Shown piece after piece: positions 63,280-64,000 of a DNA stretch of 64,000 nt; positions within the stretch are counted from its first letter, which is position 1; the number at the start of each line of letters is the position of its first letter. A model generated the notes under the pieces. That model worked only from the letters and a program-made list of their open reading frames with translations, was not told the origin of the DNA and searched no databases. A program made the translations under genes and the position numbers. The stretch comes from Schmidtea nova (lineage: Eukaryota), in contig CM097882.1 of assembly GCA_044892505.1 (NCBI GenBank), positions 44,268,001 through 44,332,000 on the forward strand. Direction: 5' to 3'.

Positions 63280-63780
63280 CCTTCAGATCTTTGCGCTGTA
63301 TGCGGACGTGTTTTGTCTTGATAAGCACTTTACAGTTGACTAAAGCTGAACTTTATACTTACTTCTTCTGTTTGAAGCCTTTGCAGTTGCTGACAGTACA
63401 GTTCAACTGCAATTGTCTTGTCCATCAGAAGCTTTCAGTTATCCCCCTTTTAACCCATTTAACACTTAAGAGAATCTTTTGGTTGGAGTCTACATTTCTG
63501 CCGCAATTTGAACGTTGCAGATATTTTGACGACTCCAAAATAATACAGTACAGCTCACGTAAACTTAAGTTCGTGAGAGTCCCATTTGCATAATTTTCAA
63601 ATTTTCTAAAATGACATTTAACATCCATTTGGCTTACACCAAATTTGAATCCAAGCTCTCCCACGGATACTGCAGGATTCCTTGTGATTGCAGACTCCAA
63701 TAATGCGGTATCAAAATCTTTTCTTGTAGGTCATCATCGAGACTTCAATTGACAACCCGAAATTTTGTGAAATATAATAT
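63280..63780 (-). pseudogene. mariner (Mos1/SETMAR-type) transposase remnant in a WDR91 intron
   Basis: NPAVSVGELGFKFGVSQMDV HTH; KILLSVKW..RGI; TIAVELYCQQLQRL after a frameshift. Confidence 0.8.
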
Positions 63781-64000
63781 TTACGTCAATTGTAATTTGC
63801 GTGTGATAAGGTAAGATTCAGAAGCTCTCTTTATGGTTTTATCTTTCTTAACGGATAACATCATTAATATTACAGCATCTTTCATTGAAACTCACGAAGC
63901 TAACACTGATCCTGGTTGACTTAACTGAACCATACTTTATAGAACTTTTAAAATAAATAATAAATTCAGACATTGTCATAAGTAAAAAAAATTCACTGAA

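Noticed and set aside
63264-63593. 109-aa + strand ORF as the next WDR91 exon
   Set aside because: It is the antisense shadow of the mariner remnant and shows no WDR91 similarity.
1-64000. tRNA, rRNA, CRISPR arrays and prokaryotic operons
   Set aside because: None seen. The TGGTGCCG motifs are primer-binding sites, and most remaining short ORFs are low-complexity or antisense noise.

Overview
Very AT-rich, gapped eukaryotic scaffold. The short GT-AG introns and host orthologues point to an animal genome; the species cannot be determined from the sequence. Three host genes lie on the + strand: a PDSS2-like gene (909-10893, with an 8.9-kb intron), a WWOX orthologue (18443-61739) and the 5' part of a WDR91-like gene (62489 onward). 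The WWOX last exon lies 39 kb downstream of the rest of the gene. The intron falls at the same codon junction (PFTKSL|SQAAST) as the giant FRA16D intron 8 of human WWOX, whereas most other introns here are about 45-105 nt. Almost everything else is mobile DNA. There is a decayed Polinton/Maverick (pPolB, adenain protease, major capsid, AGTAGT terminus) and a 4.1-kb non-autonomous mini-Maverick with long TIRs and a 6-bp TSD. A Penelope-like element carries a variant (U3-A8) minimal hammerhead ribozyme, with palindromic double-hammerhead copies elsewhere. Also present are a piggyBac split by nested insertions, hAT and Tigger elements with intact ends and TSDs, Gypsy remnants with a family of solo LTRs sharing a compensated CTATAG cruciform, Helitron ends, a mariner remnant and a PSMA6 pseudogene. 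All protein assignments are by-eye motif recognition; no searches were run.
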